Notes: a model not told the origin generated them from the sequence alone. Counted from the first letter of the stretch, positions 8,813 to 18,863 are shown. The stretch: DNA of 64,000 bases from Polyangia bacterium (GCA_030430565.1 JAUIKS010000008.1:175225-239224); one strand, 5' to 3'. A program made the numbers and translations.

Positions 8813-10447
8813 CTAGAGCGCCTCGAGCACCGCGCGGATCTCGGCGAGCTCCGCGTCCTCGGGCAGCGCGGCCTCGGCGGCCTCGAGGGCCTCGAAGGCC
8901 TCGGCGACCGCGACCGCCGGATCAACCTCGAAGTCGCTCTGCGCCTTCAGGGCCTCGGCGTAGGTGTACACCGCCCGCCCCTTGAGCAGGTTGAGCGAGC
9001 TGTCGCCCATCAGGTCGCCGAACGAGATCGAGTCCGCGACGGTGCGCTCCTCGAAGGTCACCCCGTCCTTGTAGCGAACGGTCACGCTCACGGGCGTATC
9101 GGGCGAGATCAGGCTCGGCGCGCAGGTCTCGATCTGCTGGTAGAAGACCATCGCGTCGTTGGGCGCGAGGTGCTGCGGCTCGACCTCGGCGGGATCGGTG
9201 CTGTACTCCTCGCCGCTGAATTTCACGATCGAGAAGCCCGGTGGGAGCTCCAGCTCGACCTGAACGTCGCGCGCCGACACGGCGAGCGTGTTGACGAACT
9301 GCGTGTTGAAGATCTTCCAGGCCTCCTCGGCGTTGGGGATGAACACCGAGGCGCCCTTGCCGATGTCGGTGACCGTATCCATCAGCAGGTCGTTGTAGGA
9401 GGTCGCGTCGCCAACTCCGACGCCGACCATGTAGATCCCGTCTTCGTTGTTGGCGCCGGCGTGCTCCGCGATGATCTCCTCGTTGGTGATCCCGACGTTC
9501 GCGCCGCCGTCGCTGATCAGCACGATCCGGTTGATGCGCCCGGCGTCGTACGAGGCCTCGGCGAGCTGATAACCCGCCTTGAGGCCACCCGCGAGGTCCG
9601 TGCCGCCGCCCGCCTCGAGACCGTTGCAGACCGCGAGGAGCTGCGAGTCATCCGGGCCGGTGACCGCGTAGCCGCCAAGCTTGATCGCGTTCGTCGTGTC
9701 CCAGCCGACAGCGGAGACGATGTCGCCCGACTTGAGGCTGGCCGCGATCGCCCGACAGCTCTCCTTCTGCATCTCCATCGGCGTACCCGACATCGAGCCC
9801 GACTCGTCGAGCACGAGGGTGATGTTGAGGGGCGCGCGGTCCTCGTTCGTGACGGTCTCGCTCGCTACACCGATCTGCAGGACGAACTCGCTGCGATCCG
9901 TGGTCTCCGCGACCTTGAGCAGCTCCGTCGTCAAGGTCAGCTTGCCGGCCTCGGGCGTCGGGTACTGGAAGGTGTAGTAGTTCATGAACTCGTAGGTTCG
10001 AACCGGCACGTTGCTGAGCGAGCCAAACGTGCCGAGCACGGCCTCGCGCGCCTGAACCGGCGACGACATCGAGTTCGAATCATCCGGGGAGAGGTAGAGG
10101 ACGACCGGGGTCTCGTCGTCGCACTTCATCTCCTCGGGCGGCTCCTCCTCGGGCGGCTCCTCCTCGGGCGGCGGCTCCTCGTCGGGCCCGCCACCGGTGG
10201 TGCCGGCCCCCGAGGTCCCGGTGGCGCCGCCGCTGGGGTCCCAGCCGCCGCTCGTTCCGCCGAAGCCGGACTCGCCCGCGCTCCCATCGCCCGACCCGGT
10301 GCCGAATCCGCTCGCGTCGCTCCCGCTGCCGTCACCGGAGTCCGAGCTATCGCCACAGGCGGCCAGGGAGAGCGACACCATCAGCCCGAGGGCCGCGCTC
10401 GCGCTAATTCGAGAAAGGGGGGAACGACGACGGTTTAAAATCAACAT
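8813..10447 (-). CDS. Lipoprotein with von Willebrand factor A domain (YfbK-like vWA + C-terminal extension)
   Basis: Likely start at MLILNRRRSPLSRISASAALGLMVSLSLAAC (lipobox LAAC). MIDAS motif LVLDESGSMSG, later LISDGGANVG. Acidic PEEEPPEEEPPEE linker. Confidence 0.7.
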   Translation of the reverse strand: MLILNRRRSPLSRISASAALGLMVSLSLAACGDSSDSGDGSGSDASGFGTGSGDGSAGESGFGGTSGGWDPSGGATGTSGAGTTGGGPDEEPPPEEEPPEEEPPEEMKCDDETPVVLYLSPDDSNSMSSPVQAREAVLGTFGSLSNVPVRTYEFMNYYTFQYPTPEAGKLTLTTELLKVAETTDRSEFVLQIGVASETVTNEDRAPLNITLVLDESGSMSGTPMEMQKESCRAIAASLKSGDIVSAVGWDTTNAIKLGGYAVTGPDDSQLLAVCNGLEAGGGTDLAGGLKAGYQLAEASYDAGRINRIVLISDGGANVGITNEEIIAEHAGANNEDGIYMVGVGVGDATSYNDLLMDTVTDIGKGASVFIPNAEEAWKIFNTQFVNTLAVSARDVQVELELPPGFSIVKFSGEEYSTDPAEVEPQHLAPNDAMVFYQQIETCAPSLISPDTPVSVTVRYKDGVTFEERTVADSISFGDLMGDSSLNLLKGRAVYTYAEALKAQSDFEVDPAVAVAEAFEALEAAEAALPEDAELAEIRAVLEAL

Positions 10448-10714
10448 CTGTAAGGGCTCCTGGACGCGGGGACAGGTCCCGCGTGGACCACCAGGAACTC
10501 TTGCAACATGCGACGCACCGTGTGATTTCAACCACTTGCGAGGTATGCCGACACCGATCAGGACGACCATGCCCCGCCGTCAAGCCGGGGTCGGACATTC
10601 GTGTCATGAGCTCGCGTGTTACAGCACGAAGCGCGCGATCGAGAGCAGATCCTCTCATCCTTCGACGAAAAAACCCCGACCTCTGTTCACGCCTGGCTGT
10701 GATATGCCGACGAC

Positions 10715-10894
10715 GTGGACGACGAGATCGAGGTCTGCTGTCCGTACTGTTTTGAGTGGCAGGCGCTCTACGTCGATCCACAAACGCGCGGGGAGCTGGT
10801 CCAAGACTGCGACGTTTGCTGTCGCCCGTGGCGCGTGCTCGTCAGCCGCGACGAACACGGCCGCCTGCAGGTGGCGCTGGATCGAGCGCAATAA
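10715..10894 (+). CDS. Small CPXCG-type cysteine-rich zinc-ribbon protein (not in ORF track; GTG start)
   Basis: Translated by hand: (M)DDEIEVCCPYCFEWQALYVDPQTRGELVQDCDVCCRPWRVLVSRDEHGRLQVALDRAQ*. Two Cys pairs CPYC...CDVCC typical of CPXCG family. In-frame TGA immediately upstream of GTG. Confidence 0.5.
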   Translation: MDDEIEVCCPYCFEWQALYVDPQTRGELVQDCDVCCRPWRVLVSRDEHGRLQVALDRAQ

Positions 10895-11258
10895 ACCGTT
10901 CACGCGTGACTGGCGGCGGGATCGCTCGAGCGTCGACCGCCGGAGATCGGGTGACTGGCCCGCTTGCGGAGGTCGACGCGATACCCCGACTCGAAAAACA
11001 GGCTGACGAGGCCGAGCACGAGCGAGAAGAAACAACCGGCGAGGATGATGCTGGTAAACGACATGACTGGATTCCTTGTGGCTACCCCTATGCGGGGAGC
11101 CCGAGGGTTCAGCACATCTCAGGCCAACAACGACGGAACGCGGGCCCGTTGAAATAACAGTGTTTTTTAATCACTCGAGACAACGACTGGCCACCCCGGT
11201 AGCCGGATGTGGCCAAATTCGTTGCAATGGAGCACATCGCCCAGCGCGCGTTACGGCG

Positions 11259-12962
11259 CTAGCCGAGGCCGTACGCACGCACTCGATACTCGTCGAGCAT
11301 TCGCTGCGCGTTGAAGTAGGAGGCCGCGAGCGCGATCGAGCCTCGCATGACCTCCGACCACCCGGGCTTGTTGGTCCGAAACAGCGGCAGGACGACGTCA
11401 TCCAGCAACCGGTAGAGCTGATCGGCCTCGGCCGCGTCCGCGTCATCACCATGGTGGCCGATCGGCTCGATCGCCCAGCCGGTATGACCGATGATGCAGC
11501 CTTCGACCCACCAGCCGTCGCGCGTGCTGAGGTTCGGAACGCCGTTGTGGGAGGCCTTCATCCCGCTTGTGCCCGACGCCTCGAGCGGCGCGCGCGGCGT
11601 GTTGAGCCACAGGTCGACGCCCGAGGTCAGCAACGAGCCGAGGTCCATGTTGTATCCGGGGATGTAGACGAGCTCGATATTCGGCCCGCAGCGCGCTCGC
11701 AGCCGGTGAATCTCGGCGATCAGCCGCTGGCCCTCCATGTCGCGCGGATGCGCCTTGCCGGAGTAGAGCACCTGGAGTTTCCCATGCCGCTCGGCGATGC
11801 TCTGAAGTCGCTCAATGTCACGAAGCAGCAACGTGGGGCGCTTGTAGGCGGTCGCCCGCCGCGCGTAGCCGATGGCGAAGACATCGGGATCGAGCGCGAC
11901 GCCGCACCGCCGCTTCACCTCATCGAGCAACGCGCGCTTGGCCTCGGCGTGCGCGTCGGCGATCTCCGAGAGCGGGATCCGCTCGGCGTGGCGAAGCGCG
12001 TAGTTTTGGTGTCGCCACTGCGGGATCCGGCGATCGAAGAGCGCCCGGAACGGCTCGCTCGTCCACGTCGTCGAGTGCACGCCGTTCGTGATCGCGTGGA
12101 TCTCGTGGCCTGGGAACATCTCGCGCGAGACCTCCCCGTGTCGACGAGCGACGCCGTTGACGAAGCCGCTCAACGCGAGCCCGAGGTGGCTCATGTTCAG
12201 CTCCGCCTGCGCTTGCCCGGGGAGGCGGGAGAACAGCGCGAGTCCAGACTCGCCGAGCACTCGCGTGGCCAGCTCGCGCGGGAATGAGTCGTGACCCGCT
12301 GGCACCGGCGTGTGCGTGGTGAACACGCACGCGTCCCGAACGCTCGCTATCGCGTCGTTCAGTCGCTCGTCACCGAGTTCGTCGAGCTTCACCCGCAGCA
12401 GGTCGAGCGCGAGCAGCGAGGAGTGCCCCTCGTTCATGTGATAGACGCGCGGGGCGAGGCCCAACGCGGCGAGCACTCGACGGCCGCCGATCCCGAGGAT
12501 GATCTCCTGCGCGAGGCGATAGCGCTCATCCCCGCCGTACAGATGATCGGTGAAGCGACGATCGCCCTCGTCGTTTCCGTCGACGTCGACATCGAGATAG
12601 AGGATCGGGATGACGTGACCGTCGATCCCCTTGAGGCTCAGGCGCCACGTCTGGACCTCGACGGTGCGCCCCTCGATCTCCACCGTGACGCGAGGATGCT
12701 GCACTCGCTCCAGATGCTCGGCGGGCGTCCACTTGACCGGCGCGACCTCTTGCTGCCCGTCCGCGTTGATCGACTGCTGAAAGAAGCCCTGGCGATGAAG
12801 CATCGTCACGCCGACCAGCGGCAGCCCCATGTCCGCCGCCGCGCGCAACGTATCGCCAGCGAGCACGCCGAGACCACCCGAGTACGTTGGGATGCGAGCT
12901 GAGAGCCCGACCTCCATGGAGAAGTAGGCGATCTGAACTTGAGGGTTGCTGCTGTCCTGCAT
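11259..12962 (-). CDS. glgP: Alpha-glucan (glycogen/maltodextrin) phosphorylase, GT35, short archaeal-type
   Basis: PLP-binding motif EASGTSGMKASHNG, GT35 conserved blocks. Start set at MQDSSNPQVQIAYFSMEVG (conserved FSMEx N-terminus of short GlgP). Confidence 0.8.
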   Translation of the reverse strand: MQDSSNPQVQIAYFSMEVGLSARIPTYSGGLGVLAGDTLRAAADMGLPLVGVTMLHRQGFFQQSINADGQQEVAPVKWTPAEHLERVQHPRVTVEIEGRTVEVQTWRLSLKGIDGHVIPILYLDVDVDGNDEGDRRFTDHLYGGDERYRLAQEIILGIGGRRVLAALGLAPRVYHMNEGHSSLLALDLLRVKLDELGDERLNDAIASVRDACVFTTHTPVPAGHDSFPRELATRVLGESGLALFSRLPGQAQAELNMSHLGLALSGFVNGVARRHGEVSREMFPGHEIHAITNGVHSTTWTSEPFRALFDRRIPQWRHQNYALRHAERIPLSEIADAHAEAKRALLDEVKRRCGVALDPDVFAIGYARRATAYKRPTLLLRDIERLQSIAERHGKLQVLYSGKAHPRDMEGQRLIAEIHRLRARCGPNIELVYIPGYNMDLGSLLTSGVDLWLNTPRAPLEASGTSGMKASHNGVPNLSTRDGWWVEGCIIGHTGWAIEPIGHHGDDADAAEADQLYRLLDDVVLPLFRTNKPGWSEVMRGSIALAASYFNAQRMLDEYRVRAYGLG

Positions 12963-13054
12963 GTCGAGCGCACGATCATTCCGATGGCGAGCCCGTGGGT
13001 CAAGGCCGCGGACGTGATCTGCCGACGGACGAGCGCGTGCAACCTCGTGCGCGC

Positions 13055-15700
13055 TCAGCCAGCCGTGGTGCGTCTTCGCCGGAGGCCCGCGAGCAGCAGC
13101 AGGCCCACGAGCCACGGCCCGCCCCTGCGCGTCGGCAACGAGGTGCAGCCACAGCCCGACGGATCCTCATCGAGCCCGCTGTCGGTAGCGCCGACCGACG
13201 TCGACGCGGCCGTCGTCACCCCGGGCTGAAATGATGTTGAGCCGGTCTCCGAGCTTGACCCCCCCGTCGACGTCGAGCCGCCGGAGCCCCCCGTCGTCGA
13301 GTCCGTCGTCATCTCGCCGTCGGTCGTGCTCCCGTCGCTCGTAGAGCCCGTCTCGCCGGGCTCCTCGCCGTAGTACGCCCCGCAGGCCGGCTCGTTGAAC
13401 ATGCCCGCTCGATGCGCGAGCGAGAGGGTGTACGCGCCCGCGCCGAAGCCGAGCATCGGCGTGTTGAACTTGTACGTGCCGTCGTTCTCATCGAAGGTCT
13501 CCGCGACCATCAAGAAGTTAGCCAGCGCCTGGTCGAGCACCCAGTTCGTCAAGGCGTCGGCGCGCGCGTGGTCCCCCACCATCCGCTTCGCGATCGAGCC
13601 GCGAAGATCCGTGATCACCCACTCGGCGCTGTCGTAGTCGCTCCCCCACGGGCTGAGGTCCTCGGCGTTCGGGTGATCCCAGCGATCGTCGTTGCGCGAC
13701 CACCCCTCACCGGCGTCGACCGAGAGGTTCGCGTCGAGCCCGTCGAGCGTCGCCTGCGCGATGGCGCCGTTTGGATCGAAGAGCCCCATCGCGATCGCGT
13801 CGAGCACGGCCGCGTCCCAGTAGCCCTCGCCTGCGCCGAGCTCCTCGGTGTTCACCGCGATCGCCCCGTTCCCGTCGGTGAGGCGCTCCGCGATCGCGCC
13901 CCGCAGCGCCTCGGCCGCCTCCTGGTACGCCGTCGCGCGCGCGTCGTCGCCGCGCCGCTCGGCGATCGCGGCGGCGTCACACAAACCACGCGCGGCCGTA
14001 ATATTCGTGAACGCGAAGTGACGCTCGCGACCGTTCCAGTGCGTCTCCCAGATCGACGAGTCTGGCCGCAGGAGGCCCGTCTCCGGCTCTACGAGCGCGA
14101 TGATCACGTCGGCGATCTGCGTGGCGATCATCTCCCAGTTGTCGTCCGCCACGCTCGTGTCGCCGGTCACCTGCTCGTAGACGCGAAGCGCCCAGAGGAA
14201 CAGCCCGAAGCCGTCGAACTCGAGGTTGGGCCCGAAGTCGTTGAAGTCGGTCTCCTCGACGCCGAAGCCGTAGTACCGGACCAGGCTGATCTGGTAGTCA
14301 GGCATGTTGTAGTCGGCGAGCTCATTCCAGTCCTTGAACAGCCCCGACTCCGCGTTCAGGTAGAACATCAGGCCGTCGCGGGCCTCCTGCTGCATGCCCA
14401 GGACCGCCATCCCCGCGACCCCGTAGGCGCCGTCGCGGATCCACGCGTAGGTCCAGTTACCGGGCGGCATGCTCGCCAGCAGCGCCCCTTGAGCGTTGTG
14501 CTGCACGACCGCCGGGAGCGCGTTTGGCTCGAAGCGGGTCCGTCGCGCGTCGCCGTCGTTGGCGAGATGCGGACGCAGGAAGTAGCTCTCCTCCTGAACC
14601 TGTCCCATGCGCAACATCGCCGCCGAGTGCCGCACGAGCATCGCCTCGTCGTCGCCGAGGCCCTCCGGGAGCGTCAGCTGCCCCTGAAAGTCGGCCCAGG
14701 CCGCGAGCTCCGCGTCGACGAGCGCCTTCGCCCCCTGCCCAGCCACGTAGTCCTCGATCCACTGCTGCGCCGCTTCGCCCCCCGCCGGATCGGGGTTGTG
14801 TACGAACGCGATGCCGGCCCACGCCTCCTGCCCCGCGCCGATCGTTTCGAGGTCAAACTGCAGCGCCGCGACCGACGCGTCCGCCGCGTTCGGGGGGGGC
14901 GCGTTGTCGGGTAGATCGCCCAGGGTGTCGTTGACGATGTCGTAGACCGAGACGCCCGGCGCGAAGCCCTTGTGCGCCACCGGCCCGAGCGCGTGGGTCG
15001 CGACCGCGCCCGCGAAGCCGCGCTCGCGGATCACGTCGCCGTCGTCGGTGATCGTCTCGCCGTTCTCGCCGATATCCTCCCCGACCTCCCACGGCGAATT
15101 GGCGCGCCCGTAGCCGAGATGAAAATTCGCCAGCGAGAACGCTTGTACGCCGCTCAGCGGCTGGTTTGAGTTATTGCGCACGCGCAGCGCGAGCACGCCC
15201 GCGCCGTGGGGCACGTCGCGCGGGGAGAACACGAAGGTCGTGAACTCGATGGCGCCGGCGTGCTGCACCATCGCCACAACCCCGGTCCCGCCCGAGGTAT
15301 CGTCTGTGTAGCCGACGTATCCGCTCGCGTCGTAATCAACAGGGAGCTCGGGGAGCCAGAATTGCTCGCCCGCGACGCGTACGCCGAAGTACGCGTCGTA
15401 CAAGAGGTCTCGGGTGTAGACCGCCGCGAACTGCCCGCCATCCCAAATCTCTTCGTCGTTCTCGTCGAGCTGCGGCTCCTCCGCCGCGAACAGGTGCTCG
15501 CGAAACTGCTCGAGCTTCCCGGTCTCGAGGTTGAGCAGACCCGCGCCGTGGCCGCTCGAGAACGGCAAATCGAAGCGTGTTTGCTGCACAGGTGCAGCTG
15601 CGTGCGCGTACATCGGTTCCGAGAGCGTCGTCGCGGCGCCGAGCGCGAGCGTGAGCGTGACGCGAGCTGGCGATGCGAGGAGATACGTGCACACGCGCAT
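13055..15700 (-). CDS. Secreted GH15-family glucoamylase/glucodextranase-like protein with MYXO-CTERM
   Basis: Signal peptide; (alpha/alpha)6 GH15-like segment ...SIWETHWNGRERHFAFT... C-terminal S/T/G-rich linker then CGCTS...LVGLLLLAGLRRRR tail. Confidence 0.65.
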   Translation of the reverse strand: MRVCTYLLASPARVTLTLALGAATTLSEPMYAHAAAPVQQTRFDLPFSSGHGAGLLNLETGKLEQFREHLFAAEEPQLDENDEEIWDGGQFAAVYTRDLLYDAYFGVRVAGEQFWLPELPVDYDASGYVGYTDDTSGGTGVVAMVQHAGAIEFTTFVFSPRDVPHGAGVLALRVRNNSNQPLSGVQAFSLANFHLGYGRANSPWEVGEDIGENGETITDDGDVIRERGFAGAVATHALGPVAHKGFAPGVSVYDIVNDTLGDLPDNAPPPNAADASVAALQFDLETIGAGQEAWAGIAFVHNPDPAGGEAAQQWIEDYVAGQGAKALVDAELAAWADFQGQLTLPEGLGDDEAMLVRHSAAMLRMGQVQEESYFLRPHLANDGDARRTRFEPNALPAVVQHNAQGALLASMPPGNWTYAWIRDGAYGVAGMAVLGMQQEARDGLMFYLNAESGLFKDWNELADYNMPDYQISLVRYYGFGVEETDFNDFGPNLEFDGFGLFLWALRVYEQVTGDTSVADDNWEMIATQIADVIIALVEPETGLLRPDSSIWETHWNGRERHFAFTNITAARGLCDAAAIAERRGDDARATAYQEAAEALRGAIAERLTDGNGAIAVNTEELGAGEGYWDAAVLDAIAMGLFDPNGAIAQATLDGLDANLSVDAGEGWSRNDDRWDHPNAEDLSPWGSDYDSAEWVITDLRGSIAKRMVGDHARADALTNWVLDQALANFLMVAETFDENDGTYKFNTPMLGFGAGAYTLSLAHRAGMFNEPACGAYYGEEPGETGSTSDGSTTDGEMTTDSTTGGSGGSTSTGGSSSETGSTSFQPGVTTAASTSVGATDSGLDEDPSGCGCTSLPTRRGGPWLVGLLLLAGLRRRRTTAG

Positions 15701-15760
15701 GACGGGAATCTACTCCGAAAAGCCGAGCAAAGGGTGAGCGGGTTTTTGTATCGTGTGGGC
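15701..15760. promoter_or_regulatory. Divergent intergenic region between GH15 gene and amylase gene (shared control region presumed)
   Basis: 60-bp gap between divergently oriented starts. No consensus promoter elements identified by eye. Confidence 0.2.
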
Positions 15761-18154
15761 ATGCGCTCGCTCTCGGCTTTCTTGGTGCTCTCGGCCCTCA
15801 CCGCGCTCTCGTGCAGCACTGGAGATCCGGGGGCCACCGAGACCGACGGATCGGGCCTGACATCGCAGACCTCCGAGAGCGGACCCATGCAGGTCAGCGA
15901 GTCCGCGAGCAGCACAGGCGCGGGCAGCTCGACCACGGGCGGGCCCGGGACGACCGACAGCGGCGAGACAGACTCCACGACCACCGATCCAGGCACCACC
16001 ACCGGCACGACGTCAGACGCCGAGTGCCCGACCGAGTTCCGCTTCAAGCTGCCCAACAACGGCGCGAACCCGCGGGTCGCCGGCGCCTGGCACGGCTTTG
16101 ACCTCGCGACCGCGACGCCGCTCGAGGGACCCGACGGCGACGGCTACTACCGCGGGACCGTCGAGCTCGCGCCGGGGCTGTGGGCCTACAAGATCGTCTA
16201 CGACCAGGGCGGCGAGGCGCAGTGGATCTTCGATCCAGAGCAGGCGCGGCGCACTTACTCCGACGAGGTCGAGAACTCCGCCGTGCTCGTCCGCGACTGC
16301 GCGCTGCCGACGCTCGCGGTCGAGAGCAGCGCGGCCCAGAGCGACGGCTCGTTCACCGCCGCGCTCACGTACCTCGACGGCGTCCACGAGGACGGGCCCG
16401 ACCCCGGGGCGTACACGGCGACGCTCGACAGCGAAGGCGACGTGACGCCGCTGACCGACCAAGAGTTTCAGGTCGACGCCGACACGGGCGACGTGTCACT
16501 CTCGCTCGCGTCGCTCGCGAAGGGCAAGTACACGATCCGGTTGACGGCCGCTGACAACGCAGGGCGCGAGTCCGAGCAGGTCCGCCTCGTGTTCTGGATC
16601 GAGGACGAACCCTACGATTGGGACGGCGCGCTCATCTACATGGTGATGACCGACCGCTATCGCGACGGGGACCCCGGCAACAACGGCGGCCCGACCCCCC
16701 CGGCGGATCCCCGCGGCGACTGGCAAGGCGGCGACTTCGAAGGCCTGCGGCAGAAGATCGCCGACGGCACGCTGGACCAGCTGGGCGTACGCGCGATCTG
16801 GTTGACCCCGTTCCAGACCAACCCGTCGGGCCCCTACATCGCCTCGGACGGCGTGCACCACGTGACCGGCTACCACGGGTATTGGCCGATCGCGGCGCGC
16901 GAGGTCGACCCGCGACTGGGCGGCGCCGAAGGCCTGAAGGCGCTCGTCAAAGAGGCCCACGCCCACGGGATCAGGATCCTCCAAGACTACGTGATCAACC
17001 ACGTCCACGAGGATCACGAGTACATGGCGGAGCACCCAGATTGGTTCCGCACGGGCTGCGTCTGCGGGACGCAGGACTGCGACTGGACCGGGCACGCGCT
17101 CGACTGCATGTTCGCGCCCTACCTCCCCGACATCGATCACCGCGTGCGCGAGGCGAACGCGGCGTTCGTCGAGGACGCGGTCTGGTGGCTCGATGAATTC
17201 AACATGGACGGGCTGCGCGTCGACGCGGTCAAGCACGTCGAGGAGGCGGCGACGCGCAACCTCGCCGCAGCCGTGCGCGAGGGCTTCGAGGCCGCCGGCA
17301 CGCGGTACTTCCTGATGGGCGAGACCGCGATGGGCTGGGCCGACTGCGCCGACCCGTGCAACGACGAGAACTACGGGACCATCTCAAAGTACGTCGGCCC
17401 CCTCAACCTCGACGGTCAATTCGACTTCGTGCTCTACCACGCGGTCTCCTACAACACCTTCGCGTACGGCAGCAAGGGGATGCTGCACGCGGCGTACTGG
17501 TTTGAGCACGGGCTCGAGAAGTGGCCGGCGGGCTCGGTGATGACGCCCTACATCGGCAGCCACGACACGCCGCGCTTCGTCTCGCTCGCCGACTACCGCG
17601 GTCAAGATCCGGAGCACGATCCGGGCGTCGCCCACAGCCAGTGGGACAACGTGGCTCAAGAGCCAGGTGAAGCCGAGCCGTACCGACGCGCGCGCGTCGG
17701 CTTCGCGTGGCTGCTCGGGCTGCCCGGCGCGCCGCTGCTCTACTACGGTGACGAGTACGGGCAGTGGGGCGGCGCCGACCCGAACAACCGCCAGATGTGG
17801 CGCGCGGAGGCGCAGCTCAGCGCGGACGAGCTCGAGACCCTCGAGTTCGTCCGCACGCTCGGCGCCGCGCGCAGGGACATCCCCGCGCTCCGCTCCGGAG
17901 CGTACGTCGCCCTCGACGCGACGGAGGACAGCATCGTGTACGGGCGCCACCTCGAGGGCGGCGACTCGGCGATCGTCGCCGTCAACCGCGCCGGCGCGCC
18001 GCAGCCGGTCACGGTCCAGGTGAGCGCGTCGCTCGAGCTCGAGCCCGACGTGGTGCTGAAGGACGCGCTCGGCGGTCCCGACGTAACCGTCTCGATCACC
18101 GGGAACGCGAGCTTCAGCATCCCGGCGAGCGGCGCGGTCATCCTCTCCCAATGA
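15761..18154 (+). CDS. GH13 alpha-amylase family lipoprotein with N-terminal CBM48/glycogen-binding-like domain
   Basis: Start MRSLSAFLVLSALTALSC (lipobox). CBM48-like FRFKLPNNGANPRVAGAWHGFD...YYRGTVELAPGLWAYKIVYD. GH13 catalytic blocks DGVHHVTGYHGYW, GIRILQDYVINHV, GLRVDAVKHV, FLMGE, GSHDTPRF. Confidence 0.8.
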   Translation: MRSLSAFLVLSALTALSCSTGDPGATETDGSGLTSQTSESGPMQVSESASSTGAGSSTTGGPGTTDSGETDSTTTDPGTTTGTTSDAECPTEFRFKLPNNGANPRVAGAWHGFDLATATPLEGPDGDGYYRGTVELAPGLWAYKIVYDQGGEAQWIFDPEQARRTYSDEVENSAVLVRDCALPTLAVESSAAQSDGSFTAALTYLDGVHEDGPDPGAYTATLDSEGDVTPLTDQEFQVDADTGDVSLSLASLAKGKYTIRLTAADNAGRESEQVRLVFWIEDEPYDWDGALIYMVMTDRYRDGDPGNNGGPTPPADPRGDWQGGDFEGLRQKIADGTLDQLGVRAIWLTPFQTNPSGPYIASDGVHHVTGYHGYWPIAAREVDPRLGGAEGLKALVKEAHAHGIRILQDYVINHVHEDHEYMAEHPDWFRTGCVCGTQDCDWTGHALDCMFAPYLPDIDHRVREANAAFVEDAVWWLDEFNMDGLRVDAVKHVEEAATRNLAAAVREGFEAAGTRYFLMGETAMGWADCADPCNDENYGTISKYVGPLNLDGQFDFVLYHAVSYNTFAYGSKGMLHAAYWFEHGLEKWPAGSVMTPYIGSHDTPRFVSLADYRGQDPEHDPGVAHSQWDNVAQEPGEAEPYRRARVGFAWLLGLPGAPLLYYGDEYGQWGGADPNNRQMWRAEAQLSADELETLEFVRTLGAARRDIPALRSGAYVALDATEDSIVYGRHLEGGDSAIVAVNRAGAPQPVTVQVSASLELEPDVVLKDALGGPDVTVSITGNASFSIPASGAVILSQ

Positions 18155-18504
18155 CCGGAGCTGTCCGGAGACACACCTTGACCCAAGCGAACAACGTTGT
18201 CTCGCGGTCGTCTCGCGCGCGATAAAAACTCAAAAAAGTTCGTTGACAGCACTAGGCGCAGCGGCTACACCGAACACGCTCCTGCCATAGGTGTGGTTGG
18301 AGGTCTCGTCATGAATCGTTCCACGCAAAAAACAGGCGTTCGCCCAGCATTGGCGGATCACATCCTGTTCTTCGCCCTCACGGGCGAAGGATACGCGTGT
18401 TGAGCAGTTCCCGGCGTGACAACGTTTTTCTAGCGAATCTTTCGTGGAATGACGCCCAGGCGCCGGGACTCTCGGCACGCGCGGTCCGCTAGCCAATCGT
18501 CCGC

Positions 18505-18576
18505 GCTGGCGTAGCTCAACGGAAGAGCACCTGCTTTGTAACCAGGTGGTTGTGGGTTCGACTCCCACCGCCAGCT
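18505..18576 (+). tRNA. tRNA, anticodon TGT (Thr) by manual folding
   Basis: Acceptor GCTGGCG/CGCCAGC, D-arm GCTC-AACGGAA-GAGC, anticodon arm CCTGC-TTTGTAA-CCAGG (one C.C mismatch at 31:39), variable TGGTT, T-arm GTGGG-TTCGACT-CCCAC. No encoded CCA. Confidence 0.65.
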
Positions 18577-18642
18577 CAACGCACGGGTCCATACCCGGCT
18601 CGGTGTCTATGCGCCGAGCCGGAGGGCTTCGATTTTCCGATT

Positions 18643-18819
18643 GGTTGTATCGAGTTGAGTTGTATCGAGTTGAGTTGTTATCGCGCTGAGTTGTTATCGA
18701 GTTGAGTTGGTATCGCGCTGAGTTGTTATCGAGTTGAGTTGGTATCGCGCTGAGTTGTTATCGAGTTGAGTTGGTATCGCGCTGAGTTGTTATCGAGTTG
18801 AGTTGGTATCGAGTTGAGT
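18643..18819. repeat. Tandem direct repeat array, about 32-bp unit (two diverged 16-bp half-units), about 5.5 copies, relatively AT-rich
   Basis: Unit gttatcgagttgagttggtatcgcgctgagtt repeated head-to-tail with no unique spacers. Lies about 65 bp downstream of tRNA 3' end. Confidence 0.85.
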
Positions 18820-18863
18820 CACAACATCTAGACGCTGTGGTATCGCCTGATATCGTAGTTCAT

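Noticed and set aside
18230-18592. 120-aa minus-strand ORF overlapping the tRNA
   Set aside because: Overlaps a well-folding tRNA. The translation has no features.
18643-18819. Repeat array considered as a CRISPR locus
   Set aside because: Units are contiguous with no unique spacers between them. It is a 32-bp tandem (minisatellite-type) repeat, and no cas genes are nearby.
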